DNA of 64,000 bases from an uncultured Bacilli bacterium. GTDB taxonomy: Bacteria > Bacillota_I > Bacilli_A > RF39 > UBA660. The stretch is from contig CANRDE010000002.1 of assembly GCA_947629325.1 (NCBI GenBank), forward strand, positions 785 through 64,784, in the 5' to 3' direction. The notes under the pieces are model-generated. The model worked only from the letters and a program-made list of their open reading frames with translations, had not been told where the DNA came from and did no database searches. A program made the position numbers and the translations under genes. The first letter of the stretch is position 1; each line of letters starts with the position of its first letter. Below, piece after piece: positions 1 to 10,345 of the stretch.

Positions 1-174
1 GCTAAAGAAGCAATCATGAAAGCTTTGTCTAATACTAAAAATTTAAGTTTTAGAGATATAGAAATATTAACTAATAATGATGGGAGTCCAAATGTAACAA
101 AGCCTTCTAAGCTTAAAGTTTCTATTTCTCATGAAAAAAAATATACAATTGCTATAGCAATTGTATACAAATAA
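1..174 (+). CDS. acpS: holo-[acyl-carrier-protein] synthase, C-terminal fragment (5' end outside window)
   Basis: Own frame-1 translation AKEAIMKALSNTKNLSFRDIEILTNNDGSPNV...KVSISHEKKYTIAIAIVYK*, stop TAA at 172-174. The pattern AKEA..KA, LSF.DIEI, .DG.P and S(I)SH is as remembered for the AcpS C-terminus. Not in the ORF track because it is truncated. Confidence 0.75.
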   Translation, partial: AKEAIMKALSNTKNLSFRDIEILTNNDGSPNVTKPSKLKVSISHEKKYTIAIAIVYK

Positions 175-177
175 TTT

Positions 178-900
178 TCATTTGGCTTTTCTTTTCAATT
201 TCCTTATTTTAAACATAAACTTAACATTATTATTATAAAATCTTTTTAACCTTTTAGGTTCTTTAATTATTCTATATAACCATTCTAAATTTAATTTTTG
301 AAATATTTTAGGGGCTCTTTTCTTAGTTCCACTCATTACATCAAAAGAACCACCTACTCCAACAAATATTCCTTTCTTAAATTTATCTAAATGTTTATAA
401 ATCAATAGTTCTTGATCCGGAATACCTAAAGCCACTAAACAAACGTCAACTTCGGTATTACTCAATTTTTCAAAAAATTCATCTTTGTTTTTTATATACC
501 CATTGGCGGTTTTAATTAACTTAATTCCTGGATATTCCTTTTTTATTTTCTCCTTTAAAGATTTTAACACCTCTTCTTTTGCTCCTAGTAAAGCCACTTT
601 ATATTTATTTTCACTACATATTTTTAATAAATGCTCTGATAAATCTATACCCGTAATTCTTTCTTTAACTCTATAGTTTAACATATTACTGGCTTTAACT
701 ATGCCAATCCCATCAGGAATTAAAGTTGTTTTTTTATTTAATAACATTTCATCTATAATTTTATCATTTGATCCATAAGTAAATGTTTCTGGATTAGCAG
801 TAATAATAAACATTTTCCGTTCATTCTTTAAATTTTGTTCTACGTCCTTATAAAAATCATTGGCACTTTTTGTATATAATTTTTCAAAATATTCAATCAT
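178..900 (-). CDS. tagA: WecB/TagA/CpsF-family (GT26) glycosyltransferase, TagA-like
   Basis: 240 aa. Motifs ITANPE, LLGAKEE, VALGIPDQE, GVGGSFDV.SG..KRAP and LEWLYRI..EPKR. Lies in the wall-polymer cluster. Confidence 0.8.
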   Translation of the reverse strand: MIEYFEKLYTKSANDFYKDVEQNLKNERKMFIITANPETFTYGSNDKIIDEMLLNKKTTLIPDGIGIVKASNMLNYRVKERITGIDLSEHLLKICSENKYKVALLGAKEEVLKSLKEKIKKEYPGIKLIKTANGYIKNKDEFFEKLSNTEVDVCLVALGIPDQELLIYKHLDKFKKGIFVGVGGSFDVMSGTKKRAPKIFQKLNLEWLYRIIKEPKRLKRFYNNNVKFMFKIRKLKRKAK

Positions 901-2767
901 TCATTTCACTCTTTCTATAATAATCAGTTTTTAAAATATATTGATTGTAAGTAATCATTTCTTGGCCTTTACTATTTTTACTACTGTCAACAAATGTACC
1001 ATCGCTATTTAATTGAAAACCATATTGAAAATATACATAATTATCATGATACGAAGAAAAAACATCTGTTGATAAATAATTATGACTATCAAACTCTAAT
1101 CCAAACAAATTAGCTAAAGTTGGAACTAAATCTGCCGTATCCATTAAAACATCAATATCTTTATGTTTTATATCTTTACTCCATATTATCAGTGGAGTCT
1201 TTTGTTGCAGATATAAATAATCAGTACCTTTAACTTCACTTAAATATTCTTTGTCAGAAAAACCATAAGTATTATGATCTGCAAAGACTACAATTACAGT
1301 ATCATCAAGTAACTTATCTTTTTTTAATCTATCTAATAATTCTTTAAACATTAAATCTGATTTAGTTGATAAATAATGTAAACAAATTTCCTCTCTTTGC
1401 TCCCATGGTTCATAAGATATTTCACCATTTCTAATGGCCTGATCACATAAACTATTATTAAAATATGGCAAATGCATTGAATAAGTTATCAAAAAACTCA
1501 TAAACTTTTTATTTTTAGGAACTAATAAGTTATAAGTTTCATCATTTAATATCCAATTAGAATCATCAACATAATCATATCCTTGCTTTATATATTTTTT
1601 AGTATTATATCCACCATAATATTTTGTATAACCAAACGTTTTATGATAAGTCCCTCTTTCATAGTATTTAGCATCATTCATATGAAATGAATTAACAGTA
1701 TATCCGGCTTTTTTAAATAAATTTGGCAAAGAATATGGATAGTAATTATCTATAGAATTCTCAAAACTATCGGTTAAATATATTCCTGTATTTGCAGCAA
1801 ATTCAGCATTAAAAGTATATCCTCCGTAAAAGAATGGTGCATACCTATTGGTAAAATTCCATCCTTCTTGAGACATTTTATACAAAGTAGGCATATACTC
1901 TTTTGTTATTAACCAATCATCGCCACTTTCTAAAAGAATATAAATTAAATTTTTATCTTTAAACAAATTTGTATATTCATTATTTTCTTCATAATCAGGA
2001 ATGGTTGCAAAATATTCATTTAGTGTTTGATAATTTTTAGGTATAGTCATTTTATCATAAATTATTTTATAAAAATAATAAAATATATCTTGAATATTAT
2101 ATTGTATCGTTCCTAAAACTTGAATAGAACGATATGGGGCCTCAATATGGGTATAATTATAAATAGGAGAATAATTACTTTTATAATCATAACCATTATT
2201 AAAAATTAATAATGAACTTATCCCCAAAAATTGCAAAAGGATACTTAAACAAATAATAATTAAAATTTTCTTTAATTTTAATTTTTCCTTTGGCATTTTA
2301 TACAAAATAATTATTGATAATATAAAAAGTAAAATGTAAATTACACTAACTAATATAATTTTAAAATTTATATTCTCTAGTATTACATTAAAATAAGCAA
2401 CCCCCTCTTTAGATAAAAAAATCTCAGAAAAGGTAAAAAAGTTACCTAAAATTTTAAAATGAAAATATTGAACCAATGCTAAAATATAATTAAATATTGA
2501 AGATATAATATAGTAAATCATTGCCCATTTTTTACTCATTAATTTTATTATTAAAATATTAATCATAATAATAGATAAACTGAAAAGCATTGGCGCTACA
2601 TTTTTTATGGAATAAAAATAAGTTGATTTAATAATAACAATATCTAAAAATAAATAGGAAATTATTATAATACTCCACTGAAAACATTTATTTTTAAATA
2701 GTTTATTTATCAAAGATTTCATTTTTATTTTTTTGCTTTTAAAATATTCTCTATTAATTTTAACCAC
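893..2767 (-). CDS. LTA-synthase/sulfatase-family polyol-phosphate transferase (polytopic N-terminus plus extracellular domain)
   Basis: 624 aa. Hydrophobic helices fill the first ~190 aa, followed by a sulfatase-like domain (LLESGDDW, SMHLPY, VVFADHNTYG). Start is uncertain: the listed GTG start overlaps the upstream gene by 43 nt, and an in-frame ATG at 2722 sits 2 nt after that gene's stop. Confidence 0.7.
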   Translation of the reverse strand: MVKINREYFKSKKIKMKSLINKLFKNKCFQWSIIIISYLFLDIVIIKSTYFYSIKNVAPMLFSLSIIMINILIIKLMSKKWAMIYYIISSIFNYILALVQYFHFKILGNFFTFSEIFLSKEGVAYFNVILENINFKIILVSVIYILLFILSIIILYKMPKEKLKLKKILIIICLSILLQFLGISSLLIFNNGYDYKSNYSPIYNYTHIEAPYRSIQVLGTIQYNIQDIFYYFYKIIYDKMTIPKNYQTLNEYFATIPDYEENNEYTNLFKDKNLIYILLESGDDWLITKEYMPTLYKMSQEGWNFTNRYAPFFYGGYTFNAEFAANTGIYLTDSFENSIDNYYPYSLPNLFKKAGYTVNSFHMNDAKYYERGTYHKTFGYTKYYGGYNTKKYIKQGYDYVDDSNWILNDETYNLLVPKNKKFMSFLITYSMHLPYFNNSLCDQAIRNGEISYEPWEQREEICLHYLSTKSDLMFKELLDRLKKDKLLDDTVIVVFADHNTYGFSDKEYLSEVKGTDYLYLQQKTPLIIWSKDIKHKDIDVLMDTADLVPTLANLFGLEFDSHNYLSTDVFSSYHDNYVYFQYGFQLNSDGTFVDSSKNSKGQEMITYNQYILKTDYYRKSEMND

Positions 2768-3879
2768 CTCATCTTTATAGTATTAAAAGTATAATTTTTA
2801 GCGATATTTCTACTATTTTTACTAAATTCTTGTAATAATTCTTTATTACTAATTAAATTTAATACTTTTTCCGCCATTAAATTCTTATCACGATTATCAA
2901 TTAAATAGCCACTTTTATTATTATCTATTATCTCTTTAGCACCTTGGGCAGTGCTAAAAGCTATTTGCGGAATTCCAAAAGAACCTGCTTCAATTAAAAC
3001 TATTCCAAAGGATTCTTCATGAGAACACATCAAATATAATGATGAATTTAATAAACATTTATTAATGTATTCCCTATTTTGAAAGCCATGGATTTTTACA
3101 TTATCCTTTAAATTCAAATCTTGTATTTTTACTTTAAGATTATTAAATTCATTTCCATCACCAATTATATCTAAATGAAATTCGCTATCTTTATCATGAA
3201 GTATTTTAAATACATCAATTAAATCGGCAAAGCCCTTCTCTCTAGACAATCTACCAATAGAAATTAAATTTTTATTATTTAGTTTAGAAACTTTATTTGG
3301 CCAATAATTTAATGAATTTGGAATATATAGGCATTTTATATTAGGAATTTCTTTAGTATAAAAGTCATTTAATTCAGATGATACTGAAACTAAATAATCA
3401 ATATTTTTACAAGCTTTTTTTAATTTTTTAATATATTTCATATCATTATTATGATGACGATGTTCTTCAGTAATAGTTATTGGCTTAGACGATTTATTCT
3501 TAGAAACATATTTATTTAAAATTTTTGTTATATCAACTCTACTAGAAATTATAATATCAGCATTTGAAGACATAATATATTTTTTCATAGTACTATATTT
3601 CTGATATAAAATTTTAATGCTTTTTAAACCAGATTTAAAAGCCTTATAAAATTTTTTATTATGAAGATAATTTTTAAATTCTTCTCGATTAGGAACGCAA
3701 TTAGTTAAATATTTAATTTTAACCTTGGAATTAATAGCAAATGCGGGTGTATTTACCATTTTATATGTAATAGCAAGTTCCACTTCATACCTTTCGCTAA
3801 GAGCATTGGCTTGATTAATTATTGATTGTTCAACTCCACCATAATTTAAATGTAATCCTAAAATGGCAATTTTTTTCAT
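2725..3879 (-). CDS. GT4-family (GT-B) glycosyltransferase
   Basis: 384 aa. Motifs GRLSREKG and EESFGIVLIEAGSFGIPQIAF are the typical GT4 C-terminal signature. Confidence 0.8.
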   Translation of the reverse strand: MKKIAILGLHLNYGGVEQSIINQANALSERYEVELAITYKMVNTPAFAINSKVKIKYLTNCVPNREEFKNYLHNKKFYKAFKSGLKSIKILYQKYSTMKKYIMSSNADIIISSRVDITKILNKYVSKNKSSKPITITEEHRHHNNDMKYIKKLKKACKNIDYLVSVSSELNDFYTKEIPNIKCLYIPNSLNYWPNKVSKLNNKNLISIGRLSREKGFADLIDVFKILHDKDSEFHLDIIGDGNEFNNLKVKIQDLNLKDNVKIHGFQNREYINKCLLNSSLYLMCSHEESFGIVLIEAGSFGIPQIAFSTAQGAKEIIDNNKSGYLIDNRDKNLMAEKVLNLISNKELLQEFSKNSRNIAKNYTFNTIKMRWLKLIENILKAKK

Positions 3880-3884
3880 CTAAA

Positions 3885-4592
3885 TCATCCTTTATTTCTA
3901 AACAGTTTGTTATACAATTGCGCTTTATTTTTTGTATTTAATCGTAATTTTAAAAATTTGATAATTTTATATTTTAAAGATTTTTTATCTCCTAACCAAG
4001 AACCAGTAAATATATGAATTGAAACCGAATCTTTAGAAGGATTGCATAGTATATTATCTGGATATACTACTAAACCATCTTTTAATTCTTGATATTTATT
4101 TCCTAATTTACATTTGTAGTCTTTAATTAGTATATCTGATACTGATATCGTATTATTGTTATTAAAATTAAATTCATAACTATCCAATTTATCGTAGTAT
4201 TCCAATATCCTTTTAATAAAGGAATGATGCGGCTTAGCACCAAATACTGCCGTAAATGGATGAGTAGCATTTTCATAGCCAACAAATGCATCATGTTTTA
4301 AAAATTTGTCAAAATTATCTAGTATAATTACATCTGTATCTAAATAAATCCCGCCTTCATTATAAATTACATAGGCTCTTATATAATCGCTAACAAAAGC
4401 CCATTTCTTGGCTTTATAAGCTGCTTTTAAAAAAGGATGAGAATCCATATCAAAATTATTTTCATTCCATTCTTTAATTTCATAGCCACTTAAATGCTTT
4501 TTCCATGTTTTCATGCATTTTTGGATATCATTAGGTTTTTTGTTTCCTCCTACCCATACATAGTGAATAATCTTCGGTATTTTATTTTTCAT
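3885..4592 (-). CDS. DXD-motif glycosyltransferase (Gly_transf_sug / GT32-like)
   Basis: 235 aa. Motifs IPKIIHYVWVGG and GGIYLDTDV. Confidence 0.7.
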   Translation of the reverse strand: MKNKIPKIIHYVWVGGNKKPNDIQKCMKTWKKHLSGYEIKEWNENNFDMDSHPFLKAAYKAKKWAFVSDYIRAYVIYNEGGIYLDTDVIILDNFDKFLKHDAFVGYENATHPFTAVFGAKPHHSFIKRILEYYDKLDSYEFNFNNNNTISVSDILIKDYKCKLGNKYQELKDGLVVYPDNILCNPSKDSVSIHIFTGSWLGDKKSLKYKIIKFLKLRLNTKNKAQLYNKLFRNKG

Positions 4593-4663
4593 AGTACTCC
4601 ATTTCTATTAATATTCTAGCATAAAAAAAAACAGATAACAAATATTTATCTGCTTTTAAAAAA

Positions 4664-7456
4664 TTATTTTTGTTTATTATTTAATTGAATCGTTACATAA
4701 GGCTGAATACATAAAAATTTGGCTACTATGTTTACTTTTTCAACATCTTCCTTATTGGCTACTATTATTTTATCAAAACCTATATGCATTTCATCGATAA
4801 TAAATTTATATATTTCTGAAAGATTATTATTTAATAAATCATTATTAAACTTTCGCATGTCTTTGCCATAATAAATAAAGTCATTCTTGTTTATTGAATT
4901 TATCTCTATACTTCTTTTTTTATTGTTGTTATAAAATAAAATTAAATTGTTTAAAAATTTATTATTTTTTATTTCATCCTCTGTAAATCTTTTATTTAAA
5001 ATAAATTCTATTATTTTACCTTTTTCTTGAGTTTCTTTATTAAAGTATAAAGGAACATAAGATAAATGCATCTTATTAAATACCCTATAAATTAAATATT
5101 GTTTTTCATAACAAGGAATATAAAAATATTTCATTAAAGATACAGCAGTTCTTATTTCACCATTTACAACATTTAATTTGCCAATCATATTATTAATATA
5201 ATTATTTTCGTATATTCTATATTTAAAAGATGGGAAATAAACATTAGAAACATTTAACATTTTTGGCTTGTCTTTTATTGTAAGCCAAAAAGGCATATTC
5301 CAAATTAAATAATTATCTTTTACCTCGGTAATAAACGTTTCTTTTTTATGAAAAGCTACATCGACGTATAAATTTCGTCCAAGCCATAATAATTGTAAAG
5401 CCATAGTTGATCTTTTAGGATTATAATTATTTACTCTTTGTAAACCAACTTTCTTTGAATTTTCATCAATTACATAATAATCTGAAATTATGGCATCGAC
5501 ATCGTTATATTTTAAATAATTATTTGCTTTTGACAAAGCATTTCGACAAATTAAATCATCAGAATGTAAAACATATACATAATCACCACTTATTTCATCA
5601 ATAACATTTAAAATGGCATTTAATTGATCTCTATTTTCTTCATAAAAATATCGAATATTTTTATCCTTATGATCTTTTATAAATTTTTTGACTATTTTCT
5701 CAGTATTATCACTAGAACCATCATTAGATATTAAAAGTTCCCAATTAGAATAATCCAAATCTATAACACTTTCTAATGATTCCTCTATGGTATCAGCATC
5801 ATTATAAGTTGGCATAATAATGGTAAATTTTACATCTTCTTTTGGCTTTCTAAAAACATTGGCCACAAATTGACCGATAAAGAATCCTAAAATTAATGTA
5901 ACAATCAACCCGTCTAAAACATTACCAGAATAATAGGCAGCGCATAAAGAAATGCCTATTCCTAATAAATAAAAGACATTTTTCAAATTTAAATTATCTT
6001 TTAAGTTAATAAAAATCTTGATTATACATATTAGTATTATAATTAGATATGGCATAACTAATAAAATTACTCCAAATATTCCCATAGTATAATATTGAGA
6101 AACAAAATCTCTTTCTAAATCAAATATATTGCCCATTCGAGTAAAAGTAATGCCCAAATAATCATCATATTTATTGTTATTAATTTCTTTAACTCGTTTG
6201 AGCATAAGTTCTTCAATATATCTAAAATTTGTTCTTTCTTCTAATGGTTTATTCATTATGTTAAACCAAAATTCCACATCATATTGATAAGGATAAGAAA
6301 GAATAATAAATTGAGGGTTAATTCTATAAAATTCATAATTTTTAGCAATATAATCTAATAATAATTCTTTCTTTTCAGCTTCATTTAACTCTTTTAACAT
6401 TTCCTCAATTGTTTTTTCTTCAACGACTTCGTGATTTTCAACTTTTTTATCTTTATAATTTTTTTCAATATTTTTAGATATTTCTGTTAAATCTTTATCT
6501 ATAACTTCTTCATTTTTAGCTTTATATTCTTTAATAGTTTCTTTTTCTACTAAAGTTCTATTTATTGCAGGAGATAAAGGAACAGTATAAATTGTTAAAG
6601 CAATCATTATTAATAAAAACAAACCAACTGAATGCTTATAACATAATTCTTTTTTTATAAAAGTAAAAAATAAATATATTATAAAAGCTAAAATAGTAAT
6701 AATTGTAAAACCATAAGTACTAACTTTAGTTCCTAATATAAATGTTCCTAAAAATGTGGCAAATACTAACAAAGCATTTTTTAAATTAGATTTTTTAATA
6801 AATATATAATAAGTAATTGATGATAATAATACTAAAAGAGAAGCTAATCTATTCGGATCATTAAAAAAGGCTTTACTTGCTAAATCATAGTAACTTAAAT
6901 TGCAACGTTCAGTTTGAAACCAACAAAATATATTTCCTTTTATAGTTTCTTTACTGTATGATCCTAATGATATAGTAAATAAATTAGTTACAATTATACT
7001 ACCACAAATAATAATTATTAAGTAGGTAAGCAATTTTTCTATTTTCTTATCGTCAAAATTATAATGCCAAGAAATATAAATTATACTTAAAGGTAATAAC
7101 ATACGTAATATATAAAATAATTCACTTATTAAATTATAGCCAAAATCATATCCATTATAAAAATCTGTAAAATTTAAGGCATTTAAATGATGACAAATAG
7201 CATACAATAACACTAATACTCCGTAAATTATCAAATATTTATATTCTTTTTTATTTTTATTAACTAGCAAAAACATTAAACAAATAATGAATATTCCTAA
7301 AATTCTAATAATCGTAGACGGGGAAAAAGATAAAAAACTAACAAAATCTTTATTAAATAAAAAATAAAAGTCAAGTAATGGTTGAATTATTAAAAATATT
7401 AACAATATTTTTTCGATTAAATTATGTTTAATTATATAATTGTTTATTTTTTCCAT
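4664..7456 (-). CDS. fusion protein: polytopic O-antigen polymerase/ligase-like membrane domain, GT2 glycosyltransferase domain and an unassigned C-terminal domain
   Basis: 930 aa. Residues ~1-300 and ~455-540 are multi-pass hydrophobic. Residues ~300-375 form a K/E-rich coiled-coil-like insert. Residues ~545-760 are GT2 (FTIIMPTYNDADTIEESL, SNDGSSDNT, HSDD). The polymerase call rests only on topology and context. Confidence 0.6.
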   Translation of the reverse strand: MEKINNYIIKHNLIEKILLIFLIIQPLLDFYFLFNKDFVSFLSFSPSTIIRILGIFIICLMFLLVNKNKKEYKYLIIYGVLVLLYAICHHLNALNFTDFYNGYDFGYNLISELFYILRMLLPLSIIYISWHYNFDDKKIEKLLTYLIIIICGSIIVTNLFTISLGSYSKETIKGNIFCWFQTERCNLSYYDLASKAFFNDPNRLASLLVLLSSITYYIFIKKSNLKNALLVFATFLGTFILGTKVSTYGFTIITILAFIIYLFFTFIKKELCYKHSVGLFLLIMIALTIYTVPLSPAINRTLVEKETIKEYKAKNEEVIDKDLTEISKNIEKNYKDKKVENHEVVEEKTIEEMLKELNEAEKKELLLDYIAKNYEFYRINPQFIILSYPYQYDVEFWFNIMNKPLEERTNFRYIEELMLKRVKEINNNKYDDYLGITFTRMGNIFDLERDFVSQYYTMGIFGVILLVMPYLIIILICIIKIFINLKDNLNLKNVFYLLGIGISLCAAYYSGNVLDGLIVTLILGFFIGQFVANVFRKPKEDVKFTIIMPTYNDADTIEESLESVIDLDYSNWELLISNDGSSDNTEKIVKKFIKDHKDKNIRYFYEENRDQLNAILNVIDEISGDYVYVLHSDDLICRNALSKANNYLKYNDVDAIISDYYVIDENSKKVGLQRVNNYNPKRSTMALQLLWLGRNLYVDVAFHKKETFITEVKDNYLIWNMPFWLTIKDKPKMLNVSNVYFPSFKYRIYENNYINNMIGKLNVVNGEIRTAVSLMKYFYIPCYEKQYLIYRVFNKMHLSYVPLYFNKETQEKGKIIEFILNKRFTEDEIKNNKFLNNLILFYNNNKKRSIEINSINKNDFIYYGKDMRKFNNDLLNNNLSEIYKFIIDEMHIGFDKIIVANKEDVEKVNIVAKFLCIQPYVTIQLNNKQK

Positions 7457-7473
7457 ATATTTACCTCATTTCA

Positions 7474-8991
7474 TCATTCACTATATTTTCCCTTAACTTT
7501 TATAAATTCTATTCCTCTATTAAATAAAACTCTAAAAGATTTAAATATTAACATATAAATTATAAACAATATAACAAAAATAATGATTGCAACAATAACA
7601 ACGTTCAATACCCATGTAAATATGCCATTAATGTGCAATGGAATATTACCTACAGCCAGCATTAATAAACAGGTAAATATAATTGATAGTCCATAAGTTA
7701 AATAGTATTTTAAAACTGACTTTTTAAATAAATTTTTATATATATATAATGGTGCTTCTATATAATAGGTTAATTGTAATGCAATTACACTGCCAATCAA
7801 CACTCCTAGTATACCATACTTAAATATTAATAATAAAGACAAAAATATATTTAATATGGCCTCAAAAATTGCCGATTTTTTTGTTTCTTTAAATAATCCT
7901 TTACTATTTACAGTTATTACTAGTGCTCTTTGAGCTATTGTTTGAAATGTTACTAAACAGAAGAAGAACAATGTTAAATTACTAACCAAATATTCTTTTC
8001 CCACCCAAAGAATAATCAAATTATTTAAAAAACCATATAGCATAATACTTACAAAACTAGATAAAAATAGAAAAAGAACATTTGCCTCACAAAATACTCC
8101 ATAAGATTTTTCAGAAGACTCTTTATTTAAAAGATTAGCAAAACTAGGTGTAATAGCACTAGCAACAAGATAAATTGTATCAGAGATAAATTTTGTGACA
8201 TAAGAATATGACGTATAAATAACAACACTTAAAGGGTTTACAAATGTTGATAATAGAACAACATTTGTATTTACATTAACTAATCCAGATAATTTTTGAT
8301 AAATGACATCTTTAGTTCCAGATAAATATTTTTTATCAAACGTTTTATCATTCTTAAGCCACTCATACATTTTATATATTTTATTATTTATATAAATATT
8401 CATAATTATAGTAATAATTATTCCTGGAATTAAAATCAACATATAATCAAATCCAAGAGTAACTAATAACATTTCAATTAATGTTTCAATTATTTTAATA
8501 CCTTTTACTAAATAATTAATTTTGTATGATTTTTGGTCTGCTTCTAAAATCGATTTTGGCGCTGCAAAAAAATATTCAATCACATTTCGCACTATAAAAA
8601 TTAGAAAAACAATTTGAATGTAAACAGCAGATACATTAGCTTTGGTAAAATATTTGACGAAAAAACTTAAAATTGTTGCAATTAATAACATAAATACGCC
8701 AATAATATTATAAAATTTTTTAGACGTACTGAAAATTCTATTAATTTCTTTTTTATTCTTTTTACTAAAAGCTGCATATAATTTTTTATTTAAAATTAAA
8801 CCAAATCCTATGTCGGCAATAGCTATGTAACCAAAGATTTGATAAAACAATTGATTTAAAGAATATATATCGGTTGATAACCCATTAACAAAAACTTTTA
8901 CTTTTAAAAATCCCAACAAACCAATTATTAAATTAAATAATACTATGGAAACTATATTTTTTAATGAGTTTTTTGTTCTCAAATTTACCAC
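7474..8991 (-). CDS. Wzx/MOP-type polysaccharide flippase
   Basis: 505 aa, hydrophobic throughout (about 12-14 helices), adjacent to the polymerase-like gene. Call is from topology and context. Confidence 0.65.
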   Translation of the reverse strand: MVNLRTKNSLKNIVSIVLFNLIIGLLGFLKVKVFVNGLSTDIYSLNQLFYQIFGYIAIADIGFGLILNKKLYAAFSKKNKKEINRIFSTSKKFYNIIGVFMLLIATILSFFVKYFTKANVSAVYIQIVFLIFIVRNVIEYFFAAPKSILEADQKSYKINYLVKGIKIIETLIEMLLVTLGFDYMLILIPGIIITIIMNIYINNKIYKMYEWLKNDKTFDKKYLSGTKDVIYQKLSGLVNVNTNVVLLSTFVNPLSVVIYTSYSYVTKFISDTIYLVASAITPSFANLLNKESSEKSYGVFCEANVLFLFLSSFVSIMLYGFLNNLIILWVGKEYLVSNLTLFFFCLVTFQTIAQRALVITVNSKGLFKETKKSAIFEAILNIFLSLLLIFKYGILGVLIGSVIALQLTYYIEAPLYIYKNLFKKSVLKYYLTYGLSIIFTCLLMLAVGNIPLHINGIFTWVLNVVIVAIIIFVILFIIYMLIFKSFRVLFNRGIEFIKVKGKYSE

Positions 8992-9047
8992 TCCATTTTT
9001 TAATTATAACAAAAAAAATAATTATATTCAATTTTTTACTTATTTAT

Positions 9048-10163
9048 TTATGGAGTAAATTCTTTATTAATTATCTTTTTTACTATTCTTTCACAAACAT
9101 GACCGTCATTTAAATAATTAAATTCTTTATTGGCATAATCAATTTTCTTTTTATAATCTGCATACCACTGATCGGATTTAATATATTTCATTAATTCTTT
9201 GGCATTATAAGCAATGGGACCGGGTAATTCAGTATTAATATCTAAATCAAAGCCTCCTCTTTCCATTAAATATTCTTTCAAATCATGCATATAAAATATT
9301 GTAGGTCTTTCTAAAAGAGAAAATTCAAACACTATTGTTGAATAATCAGAAATTAATATATCACTTATTAAAAGTAAATCTTGAACATCAGGATAATAAG
9401 ACAAATCTATAACGTTTTTTGGCAATTTAATTTTAGGATCAACTCCCTTTGCTTGTGGATGTAATTTAATTATAAATAAATCGTTTTTCTGCTTTTCAAA
9501 TTCTTTAATAGGTAATTTAGTAGTATATTCAGTTAAATCTTTTTCTCTAAATGTTGGTGCATACATTATAATTCTTTTGTTACTATAATCAAGGTTTAAT
9601 TTTTTCAAAATTTTATCTACCATTTCTTTAGTATGATTAACCAACTCATCTGATCGAGCAAGGCCAATAGTTTCGACTTTTCCTTCGTATCCAGTTGCAC
9701 TTACCATAACTTTAGCGTTTCTTCTATCAGACGCTATATAATAAGTCCATTCTTTAACAAAATCTACTGGTACACCGGGATAATATCCTTTTATATCATA
9801 ACCACATTTTTTAAAAACAGCACCACCGTGTTCCACTTGCAAATATATTTGATCTTTTCTCTTTTTTATAAGACTTGATGTACTTTGACTTTTAATCCAA
9901 TATTTAGCTGTAGCTTGATGAAAATAAGAATTAATTTTGTAATAATAATATACATCTTTAGCCTCTAAATTTGATATATCTGTATTTTTAGATACTAACC
10001 ATATACATCTAAACTTATCAGGATAATTTTTTTTTATATATAAATAAAGAGCAAGGGGATTACCATCAGCTTTATTAAATCCAGATTCAAATATTATCTT
10101 ATTATCTTTAATTTTAAATAACTCAAATAATTTATTTAAAATAGCACTTATAATTTTTTTCAT
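9048..10163 (-). CDS. CDP-glycerol glycerophosphotransferase (TagB/TagF family)
   Basis: 371 aa. Motifs IMYAPTFRE and IIKLHPQ are typical of the Glyphos_transf family. Confidence 0.75.
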   Translation of the reverse strand: MKKIISAILNKLFELFKIKDNKIIFESGFNKADGNPLALYLYIKKNYPDKFRCIWLVSKNTDISNLEAKDVYYYYKINSYFHQATAKYWIKSQSTSSLIKKRKDQIYLQVEHGGAVFKKCGYDIKGYYPGVPVDFVKEWTYYIASDRRNAKVMVSATGYEGKVETIGLARSDELVNHTKEMVDKILKKLNLDYSNKRIIMYAPTFREKDLTEYTTKLPIKEFEKQKNDLFIIKLHPQAKGVDPKIKLPKNVIDLSYYPDVQDLLLISDILISDYSTIVFEFSLLERPTIFYMHDLKEYLMERGGFDLDINTELPGPIAYNAKELMKYIKSDQWYADYKKKIDYANKEFNYLNDGHVCERIVKKIINKEFTP

Positions 10164-10315
10164 TTAAACCTCCTAATAAAGAAATTTTAATTTTCTCGAC
10201 TAGGTTAAGTATATAATAATCCCCCCCCGAAAATCAAGTTTCGGGAGGGAAGAAATTATCATTAATGGTAAAATTATGTATTTTTAATTGTATATAATTG
10301 TAATATATTCCCCAA

Positions 10316-10345
10316 TAAAAAAAGGAAAATATATTTATTTTCCTT
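10316..10345 (-). terminator. intrinsic terminator after the LCP gene
   Basis: Hairpin AAGGAAAAT / ATTTTCCTT (10322-10330 / 10337-10345) followed on the minus strand by a T-run. It overlaps the stop codon. Confidence 0.5.

Noticed and set aside
2725-2767. 43-nt coding overlap between the GT4 gene and the LtaS-like gene
   Set aside because: This is probably an ORF-caller artefact from a poorly supported GTG start. An in-frame ATG at 2722 removes the overlap.
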